The translations under genes were made by a program, and so were the position numbers. From Macrostomum lignano (Eukaryota), in assembly GCA_002269645.1 (NCBI GenBank), contig NIVC01000116.1, positions 1-49,686 of the forward strand: a stretch of 49,686 nucleotides of DNA, read 5' to 3'. The notes under the pieces were generated by a model. The model saw only the letters and a program-made list of their open reading frames with translations. It did no database searches and had not been told where the DNA came from. This document shows positions 1-11,812 of the stretch, piece after piece (position 1 is the first letter of the stretch; every line of letters begins with the position of its first letter).

Positions 1-115
1 CTCTAAAGCTGGTCGGTTGTGAATGCGCGCTGCTGGCGAATGTTGGACTACAGATTTCCGCAAATAATAGAGAGCATTGTGACAAATCCAGGCGATAGGC
101 TGTCTTATGACTTAC

Positions 116-354
116 CCGCCTTACGCAGCCGCCTCGATAGACGGGCTTCCCGGAGCAGCGGCGGAGAAGTCGGCGCCCCAGATCGCGCGACAGCTGGCAC
201 AGCTTCGTCTCCCGGCACGAAGGCGGAGGCCGCGCAGGCGCAGGACGGCTGTACGGCGCACTGGTTGGCGCAGTCGATGACGCTGTCACCAGGCGATGTT
301 GTCACAGCGGCTTGCATCACGGGAGCGTCTGGCCGGCTGAAAACTCGACAACAA
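116..354 (-). CDS. Internal exon with a PAN/apple-like cysteine pattern; gene runs off the left edge
   Basis: Acceptor tttacag| at 355/354 and donor |gtaagt at 116/115. Reads CCRVFSRP...SVIDCANQCAVQPSCACAASAFVP; after removing one base near 207 it continues ETKLCQLS, matching the PAN pattern CxxxC...C.AF......C.L. Confidence 0.45.
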
Positions 355-1427
355 CTGTAAAGGATTCGGCTTTTTCAAATGGCATATCAGTTCATGATGC
401 ATGTAGTCTTTCAATGGCGTGTATTTAGCGGCGACTGACTCTTACCAGATGCCTGTATTTCGGCTACAGTGCCGTACATTGCTGCCGTACAGACGATTAT
501 GAACACATGTAGATCTAGGCAGTTCATTGTTACGAGTAACTTTGGCGCTTGGTTGTTCTTTCAATAAGAAGAATTTAGATAGAATTTTCCAGCGCCTTAA
601 AATCATAGCCAGTGTTTGAGATACCGGCTTTATATACAATCGTTATGTTTCTGCTGTCGTCAGAAAAAGAGTTCGAGGATATTTTTTATTTTTGCTGACA
701 ATGCGCTCAGCTTCCTGATTTGAGGCGGTTTTAGAAGATTAAAAAATACGATTAAATCATTGAATGCTTAGATTTGTAACCCACCCAGGCGTTACTAGCC
801 TCACAAACAATCCCAAAAGCTAGTCGAAAGTTGAGTCTGGCAATCCAACTTCCTCTCGAAAATTTTGCAAAAAACTACCTTTGAATTTCCGTATGTTGCC
901 AACGGCTCAAATGATTTGAAAAGAAACTTTTTTAGAGTCAAGCAGCCGCCTCAGTGACGCCGGAGAGTCGAAACGGAAGCCAGCACTCTTTGCAAAGACG
1001 GCCCCGAGTCAAAAACGTCAGCTGCAGTGGGGAGTCTAAAATCACTTGAATCTAGCGGACTTTTTTGCAAACCTTCGTAACATTTAAAGTTATTGAAAGT
1101 TCAGAGTCTCCCTGTTGCGGTCAGGTGGGGTCTCGGTCTGCAGGACCGCCCTCACATAACGAAAGGCAGTCCAGTCCACGCCAGCCCACGGCAACGCCGC
1201 AGAAAAGTTGAAAGTAATGGTTATGAGCAGACAAAATCAACAGCTACAAAAAGGATTATGTTCTAGGATTATGTAATAAAGATAACCGACAGAAGCTTCA
1301 CATTATAGTTGTCTCTGTCTTACTGTTTAAATTTGTCTATTTCAGTTTCCGTTATTTCGGTTCCATGGTAGCACAAATTAAGTTGAGTTATTGCGATATG
1401 TCTATCATGAGAACAACATCGCAGAGT

Positions 1428-4400
1428 TCATGACTGGTCCATGTGCATGTAGTTCAGCCTGCGGGGCACAAACACCACAGCAAACGTGGCAATCAGGCCC
1501 AGGTAGATACAGAAAAACAGCCGGTCTAGGGTGCGCAGCAGGTCGCGCCAGTCAGCAGCCACAGCGTCGGCGGTGTCCTCGCGACATCCGCGTCGCAAGA
1601 GTCGCCGAATGCTGCGCGCCACCCGGCGCAGATCCTTTTCCATGCGGCTGGCTGGGAACTCGCTGGCTGCGCGAGTGCCGTCCTTGACACCGCCGCAGTT
1701 TTCAGTGTCGCTAGCCGATTCGGATGACTCGGAGGGCGTCGGGGTTGGCGACGGCGTCGGAGGTGGCGGCGGCGGCAGCAGTATCACCGAGTGCCGACTT
1801 CGGACTTGCAGCAGGCAGCCGATTGAGTCCAGCATGACCTTCGGAGGAGCAAGAACTGTCTAGTGTCAGAAGTTTTGTGTTTTGAGAAATTCACTAAAAT
1901 TTCTTTCCTTGCTACTCTTTAGTAGACGATAATGTATATAAGTACAGGGTGTGTTTCTGTTTGCGAGAGAGTGCACAGGTGTCAGTGGAATGAGCCTGGA
2001 TAAGGCTGGACAGGCTGGAAGCTATCCGAGCTCCCTGCCAAACTGGCAGTGCTACGCTCGTACTACCGTAAGTAGCATACAGCAGCCTACTTTTTTAAGC
2101 ATCGGATGCATCGGCTGCCTTGAGTCGCCGTTGTTAAAGTGCAGATTGACAATTATGCTGACCAGAAAAGTCGATACCGTTATCATCACCATGTTGACGC
2201 AGTAATAGCAGCCTGAAAGCGTAAGAAAATGATAGACAGTGTGATACATGTAATGCAGAGCCAGTTCAGATGGACTATAAGAGTGATAGCTTTTTTAGAT
2301 GCTCTCAAAATTCCCAAACCGAAACTTGCTCACCAATCAGCGGGAAAGCCTCGACAGCGCTGGGGATGAGCTCTGCCAGCAGCAGCAGCAGAATGAAGAA
2401 AGCGACAAAGATGCTCATGCCTGGATTAGAGTTATTAATGGAGCTGGACTAATGAACTAGCTCTGTTATATACATACCGGTACATGTAGTATCATATAGG
2501 GAAAAAAAACGTCAAATGCACGTTCGGACACTGTCTGAACTGACTGATTCAATTAAATGTTAAACAGTTAACACTCCAGTGAAATTCTCGTCATCTTTTA
2601 AGCATCGAACGGGAGCTTATATTTCCGGCTAGCACCGAAAGTGATTTCTATGGTAATCTTAACTTCGATCTCATCAGTCTCGAAAACTCTCGGAGCACAA
2701 TCAGTCCCAGCACTTCGCTTACCAAGCAGCATCTTGGCGGGCGCCTCAGGCGGCAGGCAAAAGACCACCAAGGTGAGGCAGGACAGCAGGATGCACGGCA
2801 CCACAAGGATGGCTACGTAGAATGACGGATTCCGCATTATGCGAATCCGGTAGTCCAGCAGGCGGTACCGCCTGATCACGGGATTGCCTTCGGCGTCGTG
2901 TCCGCTCTCGTTGCGGTAGCGGACCCAGCTGCGGATCTGCAAGACCCGCTGGTCTGGATCGGCTATGCCCGCCTGGAATTTCAGAAGATTGGTACTCGCT
3001 ACTTACAGAGTAAACATGCGAGATTATAAACTGGTGGAACATGGTGGGATCCATTCACTGATCTGATGAGGATGCAGTCTTGATCCATTCAATGATCTGA
3101 TGAGGATGCAGTCTTGATCCATTCAATGATCTGATGAGGATGCAGTCTTGATCCATTCAATGATCTGATGAGGATGCAGTCTTGACCCATTCAATGATCT
3201 GATGAGGATGCAGTCTTGATCCATTCAATGATCTGATGAGGATGCAGTCTTGACCCATTCAATGATCTGATGAGGATGCAGTCTTGATCCATTCAATGAT
3301 CTGATGAGGATGCAGTCTTGACCCATTCAATGATCTGATGAGGATGCAGTCTTGACCCATTCAATGATCTGATGAGGATGCAGTCTTGACCCATTCAATG
3401 ATATGGTGAGGATGCAGTCTTGACCCATTCAATGATATGGTGAGGATGCAGTCTTGATCCATTCAATGATCTGATGAGGATGCAGTCTTGACCCATTCAA
3501 TGATCTGATGAGGATGCAGTCTTGATCCATTCAATGATATGGTGAGGATGCAGTCTTGACCCATTCAATGATATGGTGAGGATGCAGTCTTGATCCATTC
3601 AATGATCTGATGAGGATGCAGTCTTGACCCATTCAATGATCTGATGAGGATGCAGTCTTGATCCATTCAATGATCTGATGAGGATGCAGTCTTGATCCAT
3701 TCAATGATATGGTGAGGATGCAGTCTTGACCCATTCAATGATATGGTGAGGATGCAGTCTTGATCCATTCAATGATCTGATGAGGATGCAGTCTTGATCC
3801 ATTCAATGATCTGATGAGGATGCAGTCTTGACCCATTCAATGATCTGATGAGGATGCAGTCTTGATCCATTCAATGATATGGTGAGGATGCAGTCTTGAT
3901 CCATTCAATGATCTGATGAGGATGCAGTCTTGACCCATTCAATGATCTGATGAGGATGCAGTCTTGATCCATTCAATGATATGATGAGGATGCAGTCTTG
4001 ACCCATTCAATGATCTGATGAGGATGCAGTCTTGACCCATTCAATGATCTGATGAGGATGCAGTCTTGATCCATTCAATGATCTGATGAGGATGCAGTCT
4101 TGACCCATTCAATGATCTGATGAGGATGCAGTCTTGACCCATTCAATGATCTGATGAGGATGCAGTCTTGATCCATTCAATGATATGATGAGGATGCAGT
4201 CTTGACCCATTCAATGATCTGATGAGGATGCAGTCTTGACCCATTCAATGATCTGATGAGGATGCAGTCTTGATCCATTCAATGATCTGATGAGGATGCA
4301 GTCTTGACCCATTCAATGATCTGATGAGGATGCAGTCTTGACCCATTCAATGATCTGATGAGGATGCAGTCTTGACCCATTCAATGATCTGATGAGGATG

Positions 4401-7400
4401 CAGTCTTGACCCATTCAATGATCTGATGAGGATGCAGTCTTGACCCATTCAATGATCTGATGAGGATGCAGTCTTGACCCATTCAATGATCTGATGAGGA
4501 TGCAGTCTTGATCCATTCAATGATCTGATGAGGATGCAGTCTTGATCCATTCAATGATCTGATGAGGATGCAGTCTTGACCCATTCAATGATCTGATGAG
4601 GATGCAGTCTTGACCCATTCAATGATCTGATGAGGATGCAGTCTTGACCCATTCAATGATCTGATGAGGATGCAGTCTTGACCCATTCAATGATCTGATG
4701 AGGATGCAGTCTTGACCCATTCAATGATCTGATGAGGATGCAGTCTTGACCCATTCAATGATCTGATGAGGATGCAGTCTAGAATGTTGTTGAAGAAAAA
4801 AAATAATTTCTTGAAATTATCGCTAGAGCGTTGGTGGGAAGTTCCGCACCGAAGGAAAATCCTCTGTGGCCATGCAAGAGGGATGTGTAGCGAAATTCTA
4901 AAAGTAAGATAAGTTAACCGATGATAACCTCCAGCTCTCCGTCAGTGGCCCACTCGTTGCTGACTACATAGTCGCTAAAGTCGACAAACGGCAGCGGTTT
5001 TCGAGTCGTCGTAACCTCGTCGAGCTCATCATCGGCTCCGGTAGAGTCGCTTTCGCTTGCATTGCCATCTGAGGCCGAGGACGGCACTCTGACCAGAGCC
5101 CAGTCGAGTCGGAGATGCCGCTCGTCGTATGTCCAGGAGCCGAACCGCATTCGACAGATCTGGAAAGGTTTTTACTACTGAATGTGTTGAACACCTGAGA
5201 TAAATTACAGTTTTTTGTACGCGCACACAATTGTCTACGCGCAGTAAAACTTAAGTATCTCGGTTTTAGTCATGGGATATCTAGGGTTTCTCCCTGGTTA
5301 TGAGATATCTAGGGTTCCTCCCTGGTCATGAGATATCTAGGGTTCCTCCCTGGTCATGAGTTATCTAGGGTTCCTCCCTGGTCATGAGATATCTAGGGTT
5401 CCTCCCTGGTCATGAGATATCTAGGGTTCCTCCCTGGTCATGGGATATCTAGGGTTCCTTCCTGGTCATGAGACATCTATGGTTCCTCTCTGGTCATGAG
5501 ATATCTAGGGTTCCTCCCTGGTCATGAGATATCTAGGGTTTCTCCCCTGGTCATGGGATATCTAGGGTTCCTCCCTGGTCATGAGATATCTAGGGTTCCT
5601 CCCTGGTCATGGGATATCTAGGGTTCCTCCCTGGTCATGGGATATCTAGGGTTCCTCCCTGGTCATGAGATATCTAGGGTTCCTCCCTGGTCATGGGATA
5701 TCTAGGGTTCCTCCCTGGTCATGAGACATCTATGGTTCCTCTCTGGTCATGAGATATCTAGGGTTCCTCCCTGGTCATGAGATATCTAGGGTTCCTCCCT
5801 GGTCATGGGATATCTAGGGTTCCTCCCTGGTCATGAGATATCTAGGGTTCCTCCCTGGTCATGGGATATCTAGGGTTCCTCCCTGGTCATGAGACATCTA
5901 TGGTTCCTCTCTGGTCATGAGATATCTAGGGTTCCTCCCTGGTCATGAGATATCTATGGTTCCTCTCTGGTCATGAGATATCTAGGGTTCCCCGCTGGTC
6001 ATGAGATATCTAGGGATCCTCCCTGATCATGAGATATCTAGGGTTCCTCCATGGTCATGAGATATCTAGGGTTCCTCCCTGGTCATGAGACATCTAGGGT
6101 TCCTCCCTGGTCATGAGACATCTATGGTTCCTCTCTGGTCATGAGATATCTAGGGTTCCTACCTGGTCATGAGATATCTATGGTTCCTCTCTGGTCATGA
6201 GATATCTATGGTTCCTCTCTGGTCATGAGATATCTAGGGTTCCTCCTGGTCATGAGCTATCTAGGGTTCCTCCCTGGTTATGAGATATCTAGGGTTCCTC
6301 TCTGGTCATGAGATATCTATGGTTCCTCTCTGGTCATGAGATATCTAGGGTTCCTCCATGGTCATGAGATATCTAGGGTTCCTACCTGGTCATGAGATAT
6401 CTATGGTTCCTCCATGGTCATGAGATATCTATGGTTCCTCTCTGGTCATGAGATATCTAGGGTTCCTCCCTGGTCATGAGCTATCTAGGGTTCCTCCCTG
6501 GTTATGAGATATCTAGGGTTCCTCTCTGGTCATGAGATATCTAGGGTTCCTCCCTGGTCATGAGCTATCTAGGGTTCCTCCCTGGTTATGAGATATCTAG
6601 GGTTCCTCTCTGGTCATGAGATATCTAGGGTTCCTCCATGGTCATGAGATATCTAGGGTTCCTCTCTGGTCATGAGAAATCTAGGGATCGGCTTTGATTG
6701 GTGTTTTTCTGAAAGTGCACAACATCAAATCAGGACCAAGCACTGGACGCTCACTACGCCCTGGGCGGCCAAAAAAGCTATCGACTAAAGTTCTTGATCA
6801 TCTGAAAACATCGCCAGATGCAGCTTGGACACTGGTTGAGATTTAACGGCCGCGGCGAGCAAAATCCTCGGGACGTTTAGTCCTTCTGCATCAGCTGCAT
6901 GTAACTGAGCAGCTGCGATCGCTACTCCAGGAAGAAATCCGCAGCAAACACTTCATCTGTGAATGTCCCGCCTTTACTCAGGACAGGCTCACCTGCCTCG
7001 GCCCAAACATGGACCTTTCGTCTGTAAGAACACCTCAAGAAATACTTCACAGAGGGATTTACGAGTCTCTAAATACTAATCGATGTCGATTCATTATGCA
7101 AGGCTGAACCCAAAGACCTGCTGGGACTTCAAGTTCTGCAAGCACCGCATGGAGCATCAACCACATCAGAAAAAAAGGAGTAAACGGTCGTCGCTCACCT
7201 GAGTGTCAAACGGAAACATTCGAATTTGCACCTTGCAGGTGGTCTTTAGCAGGGCCTGCGGTATCCACAGAACGTGCCCGTTGCGGTTCACAACTATGCG
7301 GGCCTCGCGACGCTCAAAAATTCGTTCGTCAGCGCTGTGAACAGGTGGGAGTTTTTGATATGGAAGGATGAGCAGCATATTTGTGAAATGTTCTGCAAGA

Positions 7401-9237
7401 GGCCTGGCTCACAAATTGTACAGCTTAACATCGGGCGTCCACACTTTCGATGGCGGCAGTCGGATCTGCTTGACCTGCTGGAACTCCGGCTGTGTCCAGT
7501 TCTTCCAGGACAGAAGCCGGTCGTGCCAGCTCTGCGGGCGAGATGACATACTCTAATCACGAGTGTATCTTGCTTTTAGGGTTGCTAGGTACCTGTTTAC
7601 GATCGTATTACTGAAGAAGTTTTCATTATTTCGTTATGCTTAGGAAATGTATTGATTTAAAGTCAGAGCTCGGCACACTCTGGCATCTCTAACCGGCTCT
7701 CGGGCCTTTTGAAACTTCTTTATAGCAATCCGGCCCGCTCAAGGTTTGCGTCTCTTCTCAGCTCTCTTTCCTCCTCTCCCCTCTCCTCCTTCCCTTCTCT
7801 CCCCTCACCCTTTTCTCCCTTTCTTCTTTCCCTTCTCTTCCCTCTCCTCTCTCTCCCCTGTCCTCTACTCGCATAAAATGCAAGTTTAGCCTCCTTCTGC
7901 TTGAGTTGTCCCTGAGCCTAAACGATCCAAATCAGTGGTGAGGCGGAAGGCCTTTAGTTCAATAGATGTAATGGCAGCGAAGTTTTGTGCTGCTTTGCGC
8001 ATATATTTATATTTACAAGACTGAAGGGGCGAAGGGAGGTGCGAAAAGGTGGCGTGGCGTGATTGGCTGCGCCAACCCCCCCCCCCCCCCCGGCTTAGCG
8101 AGCTGGCTAGCTTGGTGCACACCCACCCCACCTCAGCTAGACAGAGGTTGGGGGGGGGTTTCCAGTGCGACTGCACTGGTGCTTGCTGGTCGCGTACAGT
8201 CGGGCCGCCACAAGTGGCTATTTTTCTTGCAGGTTAAGAAAAGCAGTTAAATGAAACGGCGCTTTTGCCGCCAAGCTCACAAATCTCAGCCAGCAGTTGG
8301 TGCGCAGCATCTGCTGGTTCTCCTGCAGGTCGAGGATCTGGATAAGCGCCAGGCCCAGACGCACGGAGACAACTTCGCTGTTGTTCTCGACTGGGCGGCC
8401 CAGAATGCCGAGACTGCGATAGCGGCGAAGGATTTCCGTTATTAGCCGCTTCTCCACGGCCGATTGAGCACCGAGCGCTGCGGCCAGTGAGGAAGTCAGA
8501 ACGGCGACTACTGCTCGAGAATGATAGGGCATAGCGGAGGGTGATAGGGCATAGCGGAGGGTGAGAGGGCATAGCGGAGGGTGAGAGGGCATAGCGGAGG
8601 GTGAGAGGGCATAGCGGAGGGTGATAGGGCATAGCGGAGGGTGCTAGGGCATAGCGGAGGGTGCTAGGGCATAGCGGAGGGTGATAGGGCATAGCGGAGG
8701 GTGAGAGGGCATAGCGGAGGGTGAGAGGGCATAGCGGAGGGTGAGAGGGCATAGCGGAGGGTGAGAGGGCATAGCGGAGGGTGATAGGGCATAGCGGAGG
8801 GTGCTAGGGCATAGCGGAGGGTGCTAGGGCATAGCGGAGGGTGATAGGGCATAGCGGAGGGTGAGAGGGCATAGCGGAGGGTGAGAGGGCATAGCGGAGG
8901 GTGAGAGGGCATAGCGGAGGGTGATAGGGCATAGCGGAGGGTGCTAGGGCATAGCGGAGGGTGATAGGGCATAGCGGAGGGTGAGAGGGCATAGCGGAGG
9001 GTGAGAAGGCATAACGGAGGGTGAGGGAGAATAGCAGAGAGTGAGAGAGCATAGAGGAGGGTGAGAGGGTATAAGGGGGGGGGGGCGAGGCAGAAAGTAT
9101 GGCTAAGGAGGCGACGCAGAGGGCGTAGCGGAGGGCGAGGCAGAGGGCAAAGCTTTTGTAAATTAAACCTACAAGTCGTATCAAAATTTGCAAAAATTTT
9201 TAACCGCCCACTTACGCAACAGTGCCGCGCGAGTCAT
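1428..9237 (-). CDS. Cys-loop ligand-gated ion channel, nAChR-family non-alpha subunit, predicted anion-selective; 9 exons
   Basis: Phase-compatible GT-AG exons: 9237-9216, 8510-8281, 7531-7413, 7334-7199, 5159-4929 (donor weak), 2972-2723, 2420-2334, 2212-2091, 1859-1428. Signal peptide MTRAALLLVAVLTSSLAAALGA; VWTPDVKLYNFAD; Cys-loop CKVQIRMFPFDTQIC (C-x13-C); FGSWTYD; M1 RNPSFYVAILVVPCILLS; LPPEAPAKMLLG; M3 CYYCVNMVMIT; M4 LDRLFFCIYL. No vicinal CC in loop C. Confidence 0.93.
3048..4780. repeat. 34-bp minisatellite, about 50 copies, in nAChR intron
   Basis: Unit gatccattcaatgatctgatgaggatgcagtctt with gacc/gatc and atatgg variants. Confidence 0.97.
5270..6688. repeat. 28-bp minisatellite, about 50 copies, in nAChR intron
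   Basis: Unit gggttcctccctggtcatgagatatcta. Confidence 0.97.
6949..7017 (+). mobile_element. Short remnant of a non-LTR retrotransposon C-terminal zinc-knuckle region
   Basis: cacttcatctgtgaatgtcccgcctttactcaggacaggctc ([14 protein letters not shown]) is nearly identical to the minus-strand LINE fragment at 31262-31330. Confidence 0.75.
8521..9060. repeat. 20-bp minisatellite filling nAChR intron 1
   Basis: Unit gtg(a/c)(g/t)agggcatagcggagg. It explains the overlapping MPSHPPLCPLTLRYALSPSA ORFs. Confidence 0.97.
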
Positions 9238-10069
9238 GCTGTTTTAGACTTTATGTCTCACGCTCGTAGAAAAATGGATATATCTAAACAGTTAGAGCTC
9301 TGCTATTGAATTCCTGCTTTCCAATGTCCTGCTTCATCTGACTTCCTAAACGATAAACTTATACACTCTTATATCGCGTGTGGCAGTTGTTTCAGTTGCC
9401 GGAGGGCAGAGAGTTATCTGCAGGATGCACATTGCTATTAAAATTTACGATGCCCATCGGGGAGAGGCTGCAGGCTTGAACCAATCAGTTTTTGTTGGAA
9501 TCAACGGCAAAAAAAGTGAGGCTGGGCGGAATCTCCTGCGCTGCCAGCTTTTGGGCAGCTGAGAGGCTGAGCTCAGATGATGAGGGCGGGTGCCGGGAAA
9601 CCGGGCAGTCATGAAGGGAGGAGAGGGGAAGCATTGATGCTGGCCGGGACAAAGCAACCGCAGGTGTTCAGGAATGCATACAGTGTGCCCTGCGTAGCTT
9701 TGATAGAGTTTGGCAGAAATAGGAAAGATAGAACGCCAAGAGATATAGAAATAGAAAAGATAAAAATAGTAAAGCGAACAAACAAAAGACTCAATAACAA
9801 ACCATTTCGTGTAATTTGATCAACTACTCACGGCCAACCGATTAACATTAAAAAAATTGAATGATGCTGTATTTCCGTCTCATTTGCTGGTAATACTCAG
9901 CCGCATCAAGGCTTGAAACTGGATTACAAAAATGAAAATTTTACATTGCTATCAAAGGAATCACCGACGAGAAAGTCTGAAATAAGCATACCGGTATTGA
10001 GCAGCAGAGAAGCAGGAATATTGCGCACAAATATTGTCAATATACATAAACTTCGCATGGGGTCTATCA

Positions 10070-10380
10070 CTCCTCATTGGCTGGCTACCCCCTCCCTACC
10101 ACTGATTGGCTGGCTATCCATCCCCACCCTCAGTGGCTGGTTACCCCTTCCCCCCATCCCACCCCTCATTGACTGCTATCCCCTCCGCACCCCTAATTGG
10201 CTGGCTACCCCCTCCCCACCCTTTCAGTGGCTGGCTACCCCCTCCCACCCCTCATTGGCTGGCTACCCCCTCCCCACCCCTTCAGTGGCTGGCTACCCCC
10301 TCCCACCCCTCATTGGCTGGCTACCCCCTCCCCACCCCTTTAGTGGTTGGCTACCCCCTCCCCACCCTTCATTGGCTGCT
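10070..10380. repeat. Degenerate 28-30-bp C-rich tandem repeat
   Basis: Recurrent (cattg/cagtg)gctggctaccccctcccacccct. Confidence 0.88.
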
Positions 10381-11052
10381 ACAGATTATGATTTGTCAGT
10401 AGGAATAACTTACACAAAACCACGGGCGGGTGGGAACTAGCAGAAAGTGCAGGTGTGAACACAAATGAATAATTTATTCTAACTCAACAGTACAAAAACG
10501 GTGTTAAGTAGCTGAATCGCGGTTCATGGTAAAAAATGAGTTGAATTTAACCAAAGCAAACATTCAAACCAGCGCTTGCTACTTGTATTTAAAAAATCTC
10601 GATATAGGTGCGCATTCTTCTGTGGAGAAATCGAAGCATTACAAATTAAACTGGATAAAAATAGTATTACAGATTTTTTAGCATCTGTGAGGACTAATGA
10701 TAAAAAATCGCTAATGTCGCTCTCAAGTATAAAACAATGAAAAATTAATTTCATATCTAAAGCAAGATATTTTACTTCTTTAAATTTAAGAACGCATCTT
10801 GGAAACTTTCCAACCCCTAAGCTATTTTCAACTACGAACTACATCTAAGAGTGTAAAAATTTGCAAACTTGCTGAGAAATTTGACGTCTAAGTACTTCTA
10901 AGCATAATAAGGAGGGCCGTGGGGTACCCTCGTACTAAGCCTTCGACGACATCGTCCAATGCCACAGCCAGCGCAGAGGCAATTCGGCCCACTCCGCTGA
11001 CCCGAGTACACACAGGCGCGCCAGTACTGTGCGCAGGCACGCACTCACACAC

Positions 11053-11475
11053 ACGCTCACGCAGGGTGTACAGCGCTCACGCACGGTGTACAGCGCTCAC
11101 GCAGGGTGTACAGCGCTCACACAGGGTGTACAGCGCTCACACAGGGTGTACAGCGCTCACACAGGGTGTACAGCGCTCACGCAGGGTGTACAGCGCTCAC
11201 ACAGGGTGTACAGCGCTCACGCAGGGTGTACAGCGCTCACGCAGGGTGAACAGCGCTCACACAGGGTGTAAAGCGCTCACACATGGTGTACAGCGCTCAC
11301 ACAGGGTGTACAGCGCTCACACAGGGTGTACAGCGCTCACGCAGGGTGTACAGCGCTCACGCAGGGTGTACAGCGCTCACGCAGGGTGTACAGCGCTCAC
11401 ACAGGGTGTACAGCGCTCACACAGGGTGTACAGCGCTCACACAGGGTGTACAGCGCTCGCACAGGGTGTGCAGCG
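11053..11475. repeat. 20-bp minisatellite embedded in a dispersed repeat module
   Basis: Unit gctcac(a/g)cagggtgtacagc. Both flanks match the single-unit sequence at 31021-31080 (minus). Confidence 0.95.
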
Positions 11476-11812
11476 GCCCAGACTTAAGAGAAACAGCCCC
11501 ATCTCGAGCCATTAAAAAGTTGGTAGCGAAATATCAAGCGCTCATCTTTATAAAAAGCATCGAATGCTAGTAGAATTTTCAGAGCCTTCAACACGATGCC
11601 GATGTGAAAGCTCGGCCACTGGCTCTCCTCCAACGCTGGTTGCAAAATCATTTCAGGGCAAAGGCTAATTTGGGAGTACTGCAGTTAAATCTTAGAACAC
11701 GTGTCTATTCACATCGCTCATGAAAGCACTCTCGCAGTGATGAAAATAATGAAGTTCAAATGGTTTCCACAGCTCAGAATTCAAGTGCAACTGTTGGATC
11801 AACTGCTTTCTG

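Noticed and set aside
3048-4780. CTGATGAG in every 34-bp unit suggested tandem hammerhead ribozymes or C/D-box motifs
   Set aside because: There is no GAAA core partner and no stem I/III pairing in the unit, and no snoRNA-like box spacing.
7672-8230. hAT-like start cagagctcggcacac followed by a CT-rich tract
   Set aside because: I found no matching right terminus or TSD.
8234-9193. MPSHPPLC… ORFs as an N-terminal extension of the nAChR
   Set aside because: A proper 22-nt first exon (9237-9216, gtaagt donor) completes the signal peptide; the repeat is intronic.
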